A DNA stretch of 56,851 bases, the filler included, from Dugesia japonica (taxonomy: Eukaryota), in the NCBI GenBank assembly GCA_001938525.1. It is 5 parts of 5 records of this genome, joined end to end, with 100 filler letters (N's around TTAATTAATTAA, not from the genome) between each part and the next. Parts side by side here need not be neighbours in the genome. Positions count along the whole stretch, not along the records: positions 1 to 14,700 come from MQRL01584259.1; positions 14,801 to 26,699 come from MQRL01505792.1; 3 more parts are not named here. One strand, 5' to 3'. Shown here one piece after another: positions 13,576-26,799 of this stretch. The notes under the pieces are model-generated. The model made no database searches. It was not told the origin of the DNA and saw only the letters and a list, made by a program, of their open reading frames with translations. Positions within the stretch are counted from its first letter, which is position 1, and each line of letters begins with the position of its first letter. The translations under genes and the position numbers were made by a program.

Positions 13576-14300
13576 TACTCTGACTCACAGGGAATAGACA
13601 AAAGTATTAAATGTTTATCCTACAACAATTTTAAGTTGTTTGCATGAGATTAAGAAGATTCAAAAGTATGGAAAATGAGTTCCATATTATGTGAAAAAGT
13701 GCAATTAAGAACCGTTTCAACACCTTGGTATTAATGCTTGTCATTCACAAAAGAAAAAAGTTTTATATGAGAAATAATAACTGTAAATGAAATACGAATC
13801 TACTTTAGCAATTTAAAACGCAATAGATCGTGAGAAAACCCAGAATAACCAGAGGCATCAAACCCAATACGAAATATCCACGAAAAAATCAGTGCTCTAT
13901 ATTTGGTGGGATGAACATTTATCATGAAATGAGACCATTACAGAAAACCGATACAAACAACAATTAATTAAATTGAATTCGGAAATCATTGAAAAACAAC
14001 CTACAATAGTCAGTATTAGGTACAGGCACATTTTATTGCAAGACAATCGTTGACCACATATTGCAAAATGTTTAAAAGAAACTTTGTTGAGATTTTGCAC
14101 CCAGCATACTCTTTAGTCTTCGCCACTTCCGATTACCATCCAGTTCTCTAATTACAAAGAGACACAAAATGGGTAACTGATTGAATTAGTTAAAAGCGTT
14201 TTATTGAAAAGGAATTCATTTTTTCCAAGAAAGATGGTCATGGAATTATGAAGATCGATTAAATAATTGTTGAGAAACTGAATTTTAAATTTATTCTTAT
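13575..14300 (+). mobile_element. Decayed mariner transposase remnant
   Basis: KVLNV..TILSCLHEIKKIQKYGK*VPY (WVPHEL region), IITVNE..YFSNLKR, YIWWD, LLQDNR*PH, HPAYS...SDYH. Confidence 0.8.
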
Positions 14301-14700
14301 AATACAAATATGAAGAATCCATTAATTATGCCACCACTAATTGTTGATAAACATTCAATATTTCCGCGAACAGAAACCAGTAAATGCACGAAGTACCTAG
14401 AAAATTCATATGAAGAAACAGACAATTTCTTGTTAAATATAATAGAAATTATTAAACAAATACAATATTCAAGCAATCAACACAATGTAATTTAAAATTT
14501 AACTTTAACATTTCTCACGGAGAATTATATTTTACAGATTTTCTATCATAATCTTTAGATAATTTATTTAAAGAGTAACAAATAACAACTTGGGAAAACA
14601 GGAAAATAAATTTGTTATTTACTGTTTAGTAAATACGTAAATAAATAGATTAAATTTTTATAAATAATTAGAATTAATAATAAATAAATTAATAAAAATT

Positions 14701-14800
14701 NNNNNNNNNNNNNNNNNNNNNNNNNNNNNNNNNNNNNNNNNNNNTTAATTAATTAANNNNNNNNNNNNNNNNNNNNNNNNNNNNNNNNNNNNNNNNNNNN
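14701..14800. other. Artificial scaffold-joining linker (44N+TTAATTAATTAA+44N)
   Basis: Exactly 100 bp, stop codons in all frames, identical at four sites. Confidence 0.95.
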
Positions 14801-15383
14801 GGATGGACGAATCAAATGTGGTGTGCATATATTCTGTTTTTACGCGATTACAAAAAATTGCTTAGTTTTTTTTTACTTAATTGGACTTCAATTCAAAGAA
14901 AAATGTCAAAAAAATAATTTTTACAAAGGATAAACGTGTATCTCGTTTCTTGGTTTAATAAAGTAATTTCCAGAAAATATTGTGATTGTATAAACAACAA
15001 AAATAATTAATTACGGAAACCGCTGAAATATCAGTATTAGATGATGAAAATGAATAGAAAATTTTAATCGAGATGCTATCACCAATGCTTTTGGAAATTT
15101 TGCTGCATCGAGAACTCATAATTTTCATTCTATTGGGACGAATAAATTTGTAACGTGTTGGAAGAAATGTGTTTTATTATTTTGATTAATAAAATTTTGT
15201 TTAATCTAAGATCTGATTATTTAAAGTTGAAGATTAGAGGCCGCCAATTATTTCTTTACAAACTAATGGAATAGTAAATATTTTAAGTTAAATTATATAA
15301 TTTTTAAGTTCCTTTAATGACTATTTTACTACGACAATTATAAACTGTTACTTTTCAAATTATTGATTGTTGATTTATTTTAG

Positions 15384-17118
15384 GTTTATGGAGTATGTGA
15401 TTGTCTGCACAATACTGAAGGACAACACTGTGAAAAATGCAAAGACTTTTATAATGACAGTCCATGGTTGCCTGCTGATAAAAATTCTACAAACGAGTGT
15501 CGAAGTAAAGCCTTTTAATTTATTTTTTGCAACAAAGCTTTTGTTACAATTGTTTACTAGTTAAATGCAGCATTAAAAAATCAATGAAGAAATTTTATTT
15601 TACATTTTCTTTTTCTACCTACCTGGCTGGTTGACCTTTCCCAGGACTTATAAACATTGACTTATCCATGATCTACAAACATTTAATGATTTGTCAAAAT
15701 CATTTTATTTTGGTACGGATCTTCATCCACCAGTGCCTCCAGCTTTTGGTTTCGTTTGTCCTGGACGCTCTTTATCTTCCACCGAAAATCATCCTTTCTG
15801 AAGTGTTCAAACCATCATTTGCAAGTTGCTTTTGGTTGAGCATTGTCACCATGATCCTCCAATAGTGTTTTGTGAATTTCTGCAGGAGATTTTTAATCAA
15901 TTTTAAATAATTAAAGGTTTATATAAAATGATAGTGACATTTGTAAAAATTAAGATATTTTCATTAAAATAATCAAATATTTATATACAACCATTAAATA
16001 AAATATTTCTTTACTTACCTTTATTATAAAATCTAAATCTTTTTAAAAATTATAAAATCCAAATAATCAAATAGAAATCACAGANTTCTAAATAAAAAGT
16101 GTCATAAGTATAAAATAAATAGTCAGATTAATCTAGATGTCAGTAGAATGAATTAATAGAATATTGATTATAAAAATAGATGTACAATAGAAAAGATCGA
16201 ATAATTGAATATATTGATCACTTCGAATAATTGAAAAAATCGATCACTTTTGAGAAGTTATCTTTGATTTTGTTGAACAGCTTGTTTTGTACATGTTTTG
16301 AGTTTGTTCACTATGTTATTATTTTCACCAACATAATACTATAACAACTTAAATATTGTTACAACCGATGCTGCAGTTATATTTAATTAATCATCAACTT
16401 AAAATTAAAACATCTCCAAAGTAAAACTCTGAAGAAGTCTATGGTCGAAATTTCGGATTGCTAACAAGAACTTTAATAAAACATTTAATTTAAGATTTTC
16501 AATTTATTGAAACTTTTTTTAAATACAACTAATAATTAAGTCTAACAAATATTCTAGCAATAAGTTTAATTGTAAAAAAATGTTTTAATGTTATTTTATA
16601 ATAATAAATAACATTATAAAATGTAACAGTCGAAAAAATAACCTTATAAAGAAAAAATTAAAAACAAAGATAAATTCGAAATAGTATGAAAAACAAAAAA
16701 ATAATTGATGGAAGTTAAAATTCAATGAAAATTATCTTGATTAGATATTTTTGACAATTGAAATTATAAATTTATTTTTCAAAAAGATTAAATTCAATTT
16801 CAATGTAATTTTTATTCATGATATTAAATTTTTCTTCCAAATCGAACGAAAACTAAGTTATATATTAAATATATTTCATTAAATTCTTGTCATCATTATA
16901 TTTCTTCTAAACATAATTTAATTTGGTTAAATATACTCAATACAAATAATAAAGAAATTAAATAAAATATGTATTTTTAATTTTATTTTCTAAAATTTGT
17001 ATTTTGTTTCTAATTAAATCAATAAAGCCGAGGTTATTAATGAATGAAACACGAATTTCATGAGAATCTTACTTTGATTTGAAAATAACGAGTATAGAAA
17101 AGATTATATGGTTTATTA

Positions 17119-17184
<66 letters not shown>

Positions 17185-17234
17185 NNNNNNNNNNNNNNNN
17201 NNNNNNNNNNNNNNNNNNNNNNNNNNNNNNNNNN

Positions 17235-17277
<43 letters not shown>

Positions 17278-18086
17278 ATTATTATTATTATTATTATTAT
17301 TGTTAGTAATATTATTTTTTTTTTGACTATACGTCATAATTGAAATATTTTCTGTATTGGGCTTTATCCTCGAAAAAGTGGTTTTAAACCGCAAGTTGAT
17401 TCTTAGACACAGATCAAAAACTCAAGTCCTCACACGGTCCCACATGTGAATAAGTTCCAATCACAAATGCTAAGTAAAATAAAATTTAACTGTCACCACC
17501 TTTCCCTTTGGCTGATCATTGGTATCACTGTATCATCCTTTTCAACAATGACCTTTTTAAAATCAAATATCAACCTTAGTTCTGTTCTTGAAGCTTTAGA
17601 CAAAATCAAATATTTGACACCGGATAACTGGCTCTTTAGTCAGATTCCAATATTCCACATTCGCTACTATCAGTGGGTTTTACTGTGAATGCTCTGGTCA
17701 GGTGGTAGAGTTAAATCTATACAAGATACTATTTTGAAATATAAAATATTTTACACTTAATTTTATTTAAGAGGTTCAAGAAAAAATAAATAATTTACTT
17801 GTTAAAAGATTTTATATTAATTGAGTGAAATTTATATTTAGAATGCAATTGCAATAATCATGCCTTTAGTTGTCACTTTGATCCTGCTGTTTATAAACAA
17901 TCTAACCTAAAAAGTGGTGGAGTGTGTACTGATTGTCAGCATAATACCGAAAGTACAAATTGTGAAAGATGTAAAATCGGATATTATCGAAATTTCCTGG
18001 TATCAATAACTTCACCAGAAACATGTTTAAGTAACAAAATTTGTTTTTTCTTATTTTTATTTTTAATCAAATTAATAATAATAATA

Positions 18087-18143
<57 letters not shown>

Positions 18144-18193
18144 NNNNNNNNNNNNNNNNNNNNNNNNNNNNNNNNNNNNNNNNNNNNNNNNNN

Positions 18194-18257
<64 letters not shown>

Positions 18258-21200
18258 GTAAGGAATTGGCGATAGTAAAGAATGTTTTATTAAATGTACA
18301 TTATCATTTTATTGTTGTTTCTTATACATTGTAAATTAAAATAAAGGTGTTGTTTAAATAAGCAAAGTGAAGGCAGATTTTAAAAGATAACGTGAATTTA
18401 AATTAATTAATTATTATTAATTAATAATTACTATTAATTATTATTAAAGCTTGTGAATTTTGAGAAACAATTTTTTTTAATTTACAAATTTCTCAATTTG
18501 ATAGTTTTTAAGGTTTTGTGAATTATTAGATCTGTTGTAACTTTTTATTAATTTATTGTGGTAAAAGTTATAATTGTATATTCTAGTAAATTTATAATTA
18601 TAGTATTTCTGTAAAACACCCTAAGAATTACCATCCGTCTATAAATTTACGAACATGTAGTAACAACATTAGATTTTCCTTAATAAAAATTAAGTTAAAT
18701 TTTCAAACGAAGTATTAAAACTTAACTATATTTTTATAACAACGTGTATTACTTCTACAATTATCGATAGCGTCAACGTTTCCATGCATTATCACAAGCA
18801 GACAAAACTAAATATCGACGTGAATGTAATGTAATAAACAAATTCTTTAAAATAGTTGCTAGATTACAATGAGAATATATTTAATTTTGTAGATTCATGA
18901 TTTTTGAAATTTTGTATCAAAAAGCGTCCGTAAAAATTTTATTTTTCTTTAATAGTATTTAATCGGGTTGGTAACCGTTAATATCTTCCATATAACATTA
19001 ACTGTAAGGCCGGCATCAGAGTATTTGGTACCGTTTGGTCACACTTTATGCTTGTGATAATTATTTTTGATAATTTTCCATTCTTTTTTTAAATTTCAAA
19101 GCAAAAATAATTTGATATTTTGTTGATTAATCTAGATTAAAATTAAAATGTTTCAAATTATAGCTAAATAAACATTAGTTTGTTTTCTTTAAGCAAAGTT
19201 TAATATTTACTTAACAAAGATCATTTTGAAATGTTACCTCGTTATTATAGTACTGATAATTTTTGTGTTACTAATTTTTATGTTACTAACGATAATATTA
19301 AAAAAAATCACGAACGCTTATTCATATTTTTTTATTATCTTAAAAATACGCATACTACTTTCAAGTTGAAAAGTATAAATTGACCTTAATAATGGAATTT
19401 GAAATTAATAGTTAACCGATGCTGTTGTGTGAAATGAAATTGAAATTATTTTAGTAATATCTGATGACAAATTGAAATCAAGTGTTAAAAATGAATTTAT
19501 CAAGGATTCGTTCTCTATAAGCGCACATTAAAATTGTTTATCAATTTTTTATCACAGCTAAATAATATTTTAAATCAAAAAAGCACACGTTCAAATTTTA
19601 AAATTTTTCATTTGTTTATCGAGATGCTAAATATTATAATGGCGTATTTATAAAGTTTATAAAAAGCTCGAAAAATTTATTTAATCATTTAAATTTCAAA
19701 ATCATTTGAAAAGTAAAAATTTAAAAAATCATTTGTTAATAATTATTTAATAACAAATGTATTGAGACGGAACCGAATAAAAAAAATTCATTTTGTAGAA
19801 ATAACCGATTATGAAACAGAAATGAAAATTAAAAAAATCAGGACCAAATATTTCTGCTACAACTTTCATGTCGATAATTATCGAAGAATTTTCATTTATA
19901 AAAAAAAGATCTTTCAAATAATTTACACTGAAGTTATGCATGTTAGTGTTGTGAGGATATATTTAGAAATGAAGTTTATTTTGCGAAATAAAATGTATAG
20001 GCCAAGTGAAACTATTGTCTGGCTATAACATTTTAAATTGAAGAGCAATAAACCTTGGTAATGATCAGAGCTTTGAAAGCCGTGTGGACATTGAGCAGAT
20101 ATTAATATTAAAAATTTGTTAGTTAGTAAATTTTAAAAAGTAAATTGGAGTAACGATTTCTTGTTCAGATTTAAAATTATTATGTGGAGTATTATATCTA
20201 TATATTGATGATTTTGGTTTTTCTTTAATAATATTTATGGAATTTAATTATTTTTTGTTGTAATGTAATGATGACACTTATAAAAGTAATGATACGTAGT
20301 TATTTCAGTGGTTCTTAACCTTTTAAGGGTGGCGGTGCACATTTAATTAGATGAAACTTTCCTGATACATTAGAACTAATTAATATTGATTTCAATGTAT
20401 CAAATTTTTCATTTAGTCAAATCAAATAATAATTATATACATAAAATAATTATAATTTTAATTATTTGGCGGAGCACCGGTTAAGAATCACTGATTTATT
20501 TTTTAAACTGCAGTGATAATTTTTAGTAATGCTTATGCTTTAAGCTATAAGGCTAAATTTATTGTTTAATATGAGGAATGTTAACTCTAATTCAAAACAA
20601 TTCTGAATTTGGCCCAACTCACTATACAGATTTTGCGATAAAATCTCAATGATCATTGATTTTACCCCTTCGTAACATTTTTAACAGCAGACTTACTATA
20701 ACAAAATTATATTAAAAAATTACATTTAAATATTTTATATACTTTTTATTTATAAGTATTTTTAAAGTTATTGTCGAAGCAAAATGTATTTTTTTAATTG
20801 TGAACCAAAGAAGCCAAAGGTTGAACCCCTTTGTATTTATAGGAATTTTTAAAAATAATTTAGTATAATAATTATGGCTTGACCAGGTGTCGACAAACGT
20901 TTTTAATCATCGATTCCTATAGAATTTTTCCAAATTCTTTATCGATCACCTTAAAAGGAATTTTCAGTTAATTAAAATAAAACAATCTAATTTTGTGTTT
21001 GTACATGTATTTTATGATTTTAAACACTTGTTAAAGTCATAGTGCATTGTGTAACAATAGTTTTTTGAAAAATATCTTAATGTTTAAAGATCTTAAATAA
21101 TAAGTAATTATAAATAAGTAATAAAAATAATCACATCTTAATCACCGAGACGTGTGTGCCTGGTGTTTCTTTGCAAGGTTCGCTATATTGGGTTCGAAGC

Positions 21201-24200
21201 TGGTCAATTTTAATCTTAAATCCCCTCGAAATTCCACATTTAATTTATTTCTATACTTAATTACATTCAAAAACTTTACATACGCGATTAGGTAAATGTG
21301 ATTTGCATATTAAAAACGGTTTTTCCTTTGACCCCAATCGACCCTCTAGATCATTTCGACCTCCAATAGTGTTAAATCGACCTCCAGCTGTTTATGTCAA
21401 CCATTATGGCGTCCTATGGCTTAGACTGTTATGAAAATTAATTTGAATATAAAATATTTATTGTTTTATTTATTTATTGTTTTACTTTTTAAAGTAAAAA
21501 GTAATTAGTGATTTTTTTGAAATTATAATAATAAATTTCTTGAGAAACGTTCATAAGTTATAATTGTTTGATTGCAGAGATAATTTTTAAGAGTAATGAA
21601 TTAGGTTTCAACTATTATAGTAGATATTTTTCGAACAATTAATGTTGTCTTATAATGATAGCAATTTTTGTAAATAATATTTGCTTAAAGTGTAGTGATG
21701 ATTTTGGTCTACTCTTTGAATTATAATGATTGTTACAATTAATTCAAATTTAAAATAACAGCTTCGATCAAAATTTTTGTTTTTTTTATTGAAATCTGAT
21801 AACAATTCGATATTTCGACCTTGCCTTTGTTAGGAATTGACTTTTACGAAGGCAAAGTCGAAATATCGAATTGTTATCAAATTTCAATAAAAAAAACAAA
21901 AGTTTTGATCGAAGCTTTTATTTGAAACGAATTCTATAAAATGATCAATGGTTATGTCCAACAATTATTCTCGGAATAATTGCAATTGTAAAATAATTTA
22001 AATTTGTTTAAATTTGTTGTCTTTGTAGAAGAAAAAATTTTTTAAATTTGAATTTTCAATTAGATTCATTTGTAAATTGCCACATTTGCGTCACGAGCGA
22101 ATCAATTCGATATCTAATTAAAAAAATTGGAACTAGAAGTTGAAGAAAATAAGCGTCAAGAAGAACGAAANGATAGAATACGACAAGAAGAAAGAGAAGA
22201 TAAAAGAAGATGAGAAGAACTCAATGCCCCAGCAACTTATCAAAGAATAATGGATTGTCTACTTAAAAGTATTCCTAATACTGCTGATTTTTCAGATGAT
22301 TTTATAGTCTATTCACATACGATCCAAGAGCCTATTGAAACTTTGGAAAATGTACTAAAAAAATTATTGGCAATCGGTCTTACAGTTAATCCTATAAAGA
22401 GTAAGCTTATGATTATTAGAACCGAGTTTTTAGTCAAGATGATTGGGAATAGAGAGATTTTCCCGAAGTTTCAATAATACAAGATCTTCCCCACCATAAG
22501 AAAGGTGTTCGCCAGACTATGGGAATGATGAATTATTATAGGGCTCATATCAATAATGTAGCTCTCTTTGTTTCGCCATTAGCAGATCTTCTAAACAAGA
22601 AGATGTGTGACAAAGTATAGGGAATTCAGAATGTGAAGAGAGCTTCAAAAATTTAAAAAAAGATGCTGACAATAACACCTATATTAAGAGCGGTAGACCA
22701 TACTAAAATATTTTATGTTCAGACAGATGCCTTGGACAAGGAAGTTGAAGAAGTTTTATACAAAAAATTCGATGATATTGCTTTTTGATCAAAGAAGTTA
22801 ACTGGGTCTCATCAGAGATGGTCAACAATAGGAAAAGAACTATACACAATTGTTTGCGCAATCTCATTATTACTTATATGGTCGCCAATTTATCCTGCTA
22901 TCCGATCGAAAATACGAATAAAATCAAGAGAAACAAAATTGCTAGATGGAACCTACTTTTGCAGGAATACCAGTTTCAAGTACACTACAAAAGAGAATTG
23001 ATAATCAAAACAGTGATTTTCTGAACCGCCTGTGGGAAGATGCCGAGAAGGAAGAGGATGAATGTGACAATTAATTAAAATTTGTTTAAAATTGTTGTCT
23101 TTGTAGTAGAATAAATTTTTTTAATTATATTAATTTATACAATTATATTTTTGAAAAAAATTATTTAATCAAATAAATATTGTTTTAATGTAAGAGTAAA
23201 ATCGACAAATAAATACAGTTTAAATTGCAATTATTATTTATTGAAACCTATTGGCCATCATTATGTGGTGGCGTACCACTTTTAAGTAAATGTTTTAAAA
23301 CTAATCCTGTTGCATACCATATTGGATAAGACAATGGAATTTTAAAAAACAATAAAAATACATTATTTAAAATAAAATTAAAGTTTTAAAAAAAGGTTTT
23401 ATTAATAAACGTTATAGTAAATTATATAACATTTAAATAATCAAAGAAAAATGGTAATTTTTTTGTATCCGAAGATGACAGTTATGCTGTCGAAACATGT
23501 TATAAAAAATATGTATTTAAATGGCATTTCAAAATTTTTAGAAAACATAAAAAATTTAAAATTATTTCTAAAAAAAAGAAAAAATTGCAAATTTTCTTCA
23601 AAATTGAAAGTAGAAATGTAAATTTAAATTTAAGATAGTTAATAAACTGTAGTCGGTCAATTTTCGTAGTTTCATATTTACGTAATTAGTTAAATTCAAT
23701 GCGTCTCAAAATAAATCATCTATTTCTTTAAAATGCCCCAAGTAAAATAAATCCATTTTATGATCGTAAATGTTAAAAAAATAACTTATTATTTTAAGGG
23801 TGGCTTACAATTATAATACTAATAAATGATAATTGTTTAGATTTCTATTTTAAATATTCGGAAATTTAGTTCAAAATTCAATTAAAAATTCCAACTTATA
23901 AAATCCTTTAAATGATTGTAATATTTTCTCTATATATCAAAATTAAAATGCTAGAAAACCTTCACGGACAGAACCATAGTGGTTTTAAGAATAACTAATC
24001 ATCCTAGGAGAAAATTCAAATTCACACTAGGCGTGAACATTCAACAGGTAAAAATCTCNNNNNNNNNNNNNNNNNNNNNNNNNNNNNNNNNNNNNNNNNN
24101 NNNNNNNNNNNNNNNNNNNATCTAGAAATTAGAACACAACATTAATCAAATTTATAGTTGAATGTCTTTGGTAAAACTATTATAAAATTTACTCAAAGAA

Positions 24201-24746
24201 ATAAATTGGAATGTAAATTATAAAAATATCGGAAAAAATATTTTAAATATTAAATGTGAAGATTTGTTAGTAAATCTTTTACATTATGAATAAATTAAAT
24301 GCTTATTATGTATTTAACTAAATAATTAATTATATAATCAATTAAGTAATGAAATTAATTTGCTACAATAACTAATTTATTATGTTAATGTTAGTTAATT
24401 ATTTATATTTTAGAATGTCAGTGTGATTCATTAGGGACGAAATTTCCTAATAATTGTATACAGGAAAATGAAACTGATCGAAATATAATAGCTGGACAAT
24501 GTATGTGNAAAGAAAATGTTGAAGGAAACAATTGTGATCGATGTAAAGTGGGTTATTGGAAATTTAATGGAAATGAAGAAACAGGCTGTATAAGTAATTT
24601 TTCATTCAAAAAAAATTTTTTCTAATAAAATATTAGAATGTAACTGTGTTATGATGGGAACTATTGAAAATCAAGGTTGTGATCATCTTTCTGGGAAATG
24701 CTATTGTAAAGAGTTTGTTACTGAAAGTGATTGTTCCGCCTGCAAG
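15384..24746 (+). CDS. LAMB1: Laminin beta chain, internal LE (laminin EGF-like) exons: 15384-15504, 17842-18030, 24414-24593, 24637-24746 (partial gene)
   Basis: GT-AG exons splice in frame: VYGVCDCLHNTEGQHCEKCKDFYNDSPWLPA..KCNCNNHAFSCHFDPAVY..SGGVCTDCQHNT..AGQCMCKENVEG..CDRCKVGYW..CNC..GT...CDHLSGKCYCK, typical of laminin beta LE1-4; the paralogue assignment is approximate. Confidence 0.88.
15615..15890 (-). mobile_element. Mariner transposase N-terminal (HTH) remnant in laminin intron
   Basis: PAEIHKTLLEDHGDNA...CK*WFEHFRKDDF/VEDKERPG..LEALVDEDPYQ, similar to Mos1-type HTH domains. Confidence 0.75.
17120..17300. repeat. (ATT)n microsatellite
   Basis: Direct; contains an N gap. Confidence 0.95.
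18075..18257. repeat. (ATT)n microsatellite
   Basis: Direct; contains an N gap. Confidence 0.95.
20306..20493. mobile_element. hAT (Charlie-type) MITE
   Basis: TIRs CAGTGGTTCTTAACC / GGTTAAGAATCACTG; 8-bp TSD AGTTATTT/ATTTATTT with 1 mismatch. Confidence 0.8.
21752..21923. repeat. About 170-bp inverted repeat (foldback) from a dispersed repeat family
   Basis: agcttcgatcaaaa...ttcgatatttcgac.ttgcc / ggcaaagtcgaaatatcgaa...ttttgatcgaagct; related single-arm sequence near 1210-1290, 27195-27270 and 38000-38090. Confidence 0.85.
21987..23230 (+). mobile_element. Internally deleted Gypsy-type LTR element (RT-RNase H remnant, possibly Gmr1-like)
   Basis: LTR-like direct repeats (aaatttgtttaaa.ttgttgtctttgtag) at about 22001 and 23078; RT NAPATYQRIMD and FSDDFIVYS; RNase H FYVQTDA and ARWNLLLQEYQFQVHYK; purine tract followed by TGTGACA at 23062. 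Confidence 0.8.
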
Positions 24747-24784
24747 GTACAGAAAATTAATTATCGCATTATTATTATTATTAT

Positions 24785-26699
24785 TGTTGGGGTTCCACCT
24801 GAGTTGATGCTAAAAACATATGGCTGGGGGAAAAGACATCCATCAGTGGACCCCTCGAAGAATTTAACCCAAGGTCCCTGATTAAGGCCTTCTGAATGAA
24901 GCAGTTGACTCCCAACGCATACTTGGAGTACGTGTTCTCACTCCTTTAGTTCGGGTTCATAGTTTCCCCTAATTTATGGTAGATTAAAGACAAAGACAAC
25001 TCATGTATAACGAAAAGTTTAGTTATAAGTTATCAAAAGCCCCTGGAGGGAACCATTCAGCAGGCGCGTCGTCCGAAAAATCGAACGCGGCCTCATCATT
25101 ATGATCATTCCAATTTGTTCGCATTTCCAATTCTGCTGCGAAATCTGCCTCCCACCTTCTTTTAGATAACCGGTATAAATCCTAGGTCATCTAAAGCTCT
25201 TTGCTCTCTTCCCTCATTTTTTTTACTGGGAGCAACAGATGGTTTGTGAGATGAAGTCACTAATAAGTTATGAATAAAAAATGATAGTTCAGAATTAAAA
25301 TATTCATTGAAAATAAGGCTGACAGCCACGACTATTAAACAATTAAATTGACAAAATTTCCTCAAAATGAAAAGTTAATTAATTGTGACAAGAATTTATT
25401 ATAGCGAAAAACGTAAACTATTAGCTAGAGGCCGAAAATAGTCCTCTAAATGCGACAAGGTTGGTGATGAAGGAAGAGAGATGTTCTGGTCACCTTTCTG
25501 TCTTTCAGTAAGCCAACGACGGTGCGCCAGGCGCTCTACGGAATCAGATGTTTGAGTTCGGCTGCTACCGCGAGGGACACGTTGGACCGCTTCGCTAGAA
25601 TACCGTCCAAGCAGTTGTAAGAGTTCCGTTGGCTTTGGAATATCACATGGTTAGTACTCTCGTCCAAAATCAGACGTCATCGGTATTCGCTCACTGCAAT
25701 TAAATAAATGAAATTAGTACGTTAAAAATTTTACAAAATTGGAGAAACGAATAAATTGACACCAAAAGGTTAACGAATTATATTTAAAACGCCAAAACAA
25801 CAATTACAAAATAAAGAATGAAATTTTACTTGTGTAATAATTCGTAAATTTAGCAATGGCAATAACATCTGGAGTAAGTGGTTTTTTCTTTACTTCATGG
25901 TACAGTTCATTCTATAACAATCCACGAAATTTATTTTAATAACTAAACTGGTTTTAACTAACTTGTAAAATTTGTCTTCTTTGACACTGACTTATAAGAG
26001 TTTTTAATTTGAAAAGTTTTTGGTCTTGTGTTTTACCAAAAATCTGAGGGGTTTTATATCATTCCTGACGCACTCTATTTTTAGTTTTACTTCAAACTTC
26101 TTTATTGGCCCTTAGTCTGATTTTTCTCTATTTTTCTTTGTCTTTCATTGGTGCCTAATTTTAGAAACCTTCTGACTTTCTTTGCTTTGTTTTTGTATCT
26201 TTTTTTCTGCCTTGTGATTGGTCTAAATTTTAAAGCCTTTTTAGTAACCCTTCTGAAAGTGATATCATTTTTTACTTTAGGAAATCAGTTCCCCAAATTA
26301 TTAAGTTCTTGATTTTTCTTTCCCCGACATCTTCCGATTTTCTTGAGGGAAGTTATTCCCTTTTTTCAAACTTTCTTCATAATTAATTTTCTTTTCTTGG
26401 GATAATTAATTAATTTTCCCTTATTATTTTCAATTATATTTTTCCAATATTTTTAAATAATTTGATTATATTTATACTTCTTTCTTAATGGTAGTTGCCT
26501 TTCTGCTAACTTTGTAAATGTCTTTTATCACTTTCTTGTTGTTTTCTGTATTTATTTTAATTTCTCCTTATTTCCTAATAGATTATTTCTTTTTTCTTCT
26601 GAAATTATATTTGTTAATAATTGCAGACTGACCATTTTTCGAGGGTCTACAAGTAATATTCCCTTACTTTGATGACGATTTCAGGCCCCGGTTTATTTA
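24785..26699 (-). mobile_element. Third TG..CA cargo element (family of 40494-43889), reverse orientation, truncated by scaffold end
   Basis: TGTTGGGGTTCCACCTGAGTTGA..AAGAATTTAACC matches the reverse complement of the 43800-43889 end (TGTTAGGGTTCCACTTGAGTTGA..AAGAATTTAACC); inserted in an ATT run 38 nt after a laminin exon. Confidence 0.75.
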
Positions 26700-26799
26700 N
26701 NNNNNNNNNNNNNNNNNNNNNNNNNNNNNNNNNNNNNNNNNNNTTAATTAATTAANNNNNNNNNNNNNNNNNNNNNNNNNNNNNNNNNNNNNNNNNNNN
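26700..26799. other. Artificial scaffold-joining linker
   Basis: 44N+TTAATTAATTAA+44N. Confidence 0.95.

Noticed and set aside
14745-14756. TTAATTAATTAA as a biological motif (piggyBac target or regulatory site)
   Set aside because: Always centred in 88 N; a synthetic linker
17330-17720. GC-richer intronic block that may be an exon or TE fragment
   Set aside because: No in-frame laminin sequence or recognisable TE motif
17079-18334. ORFs with poly-I, poly-Y or poly-N runs
   Set aside because: Translations of (ATT)n microsatellites and N gaps
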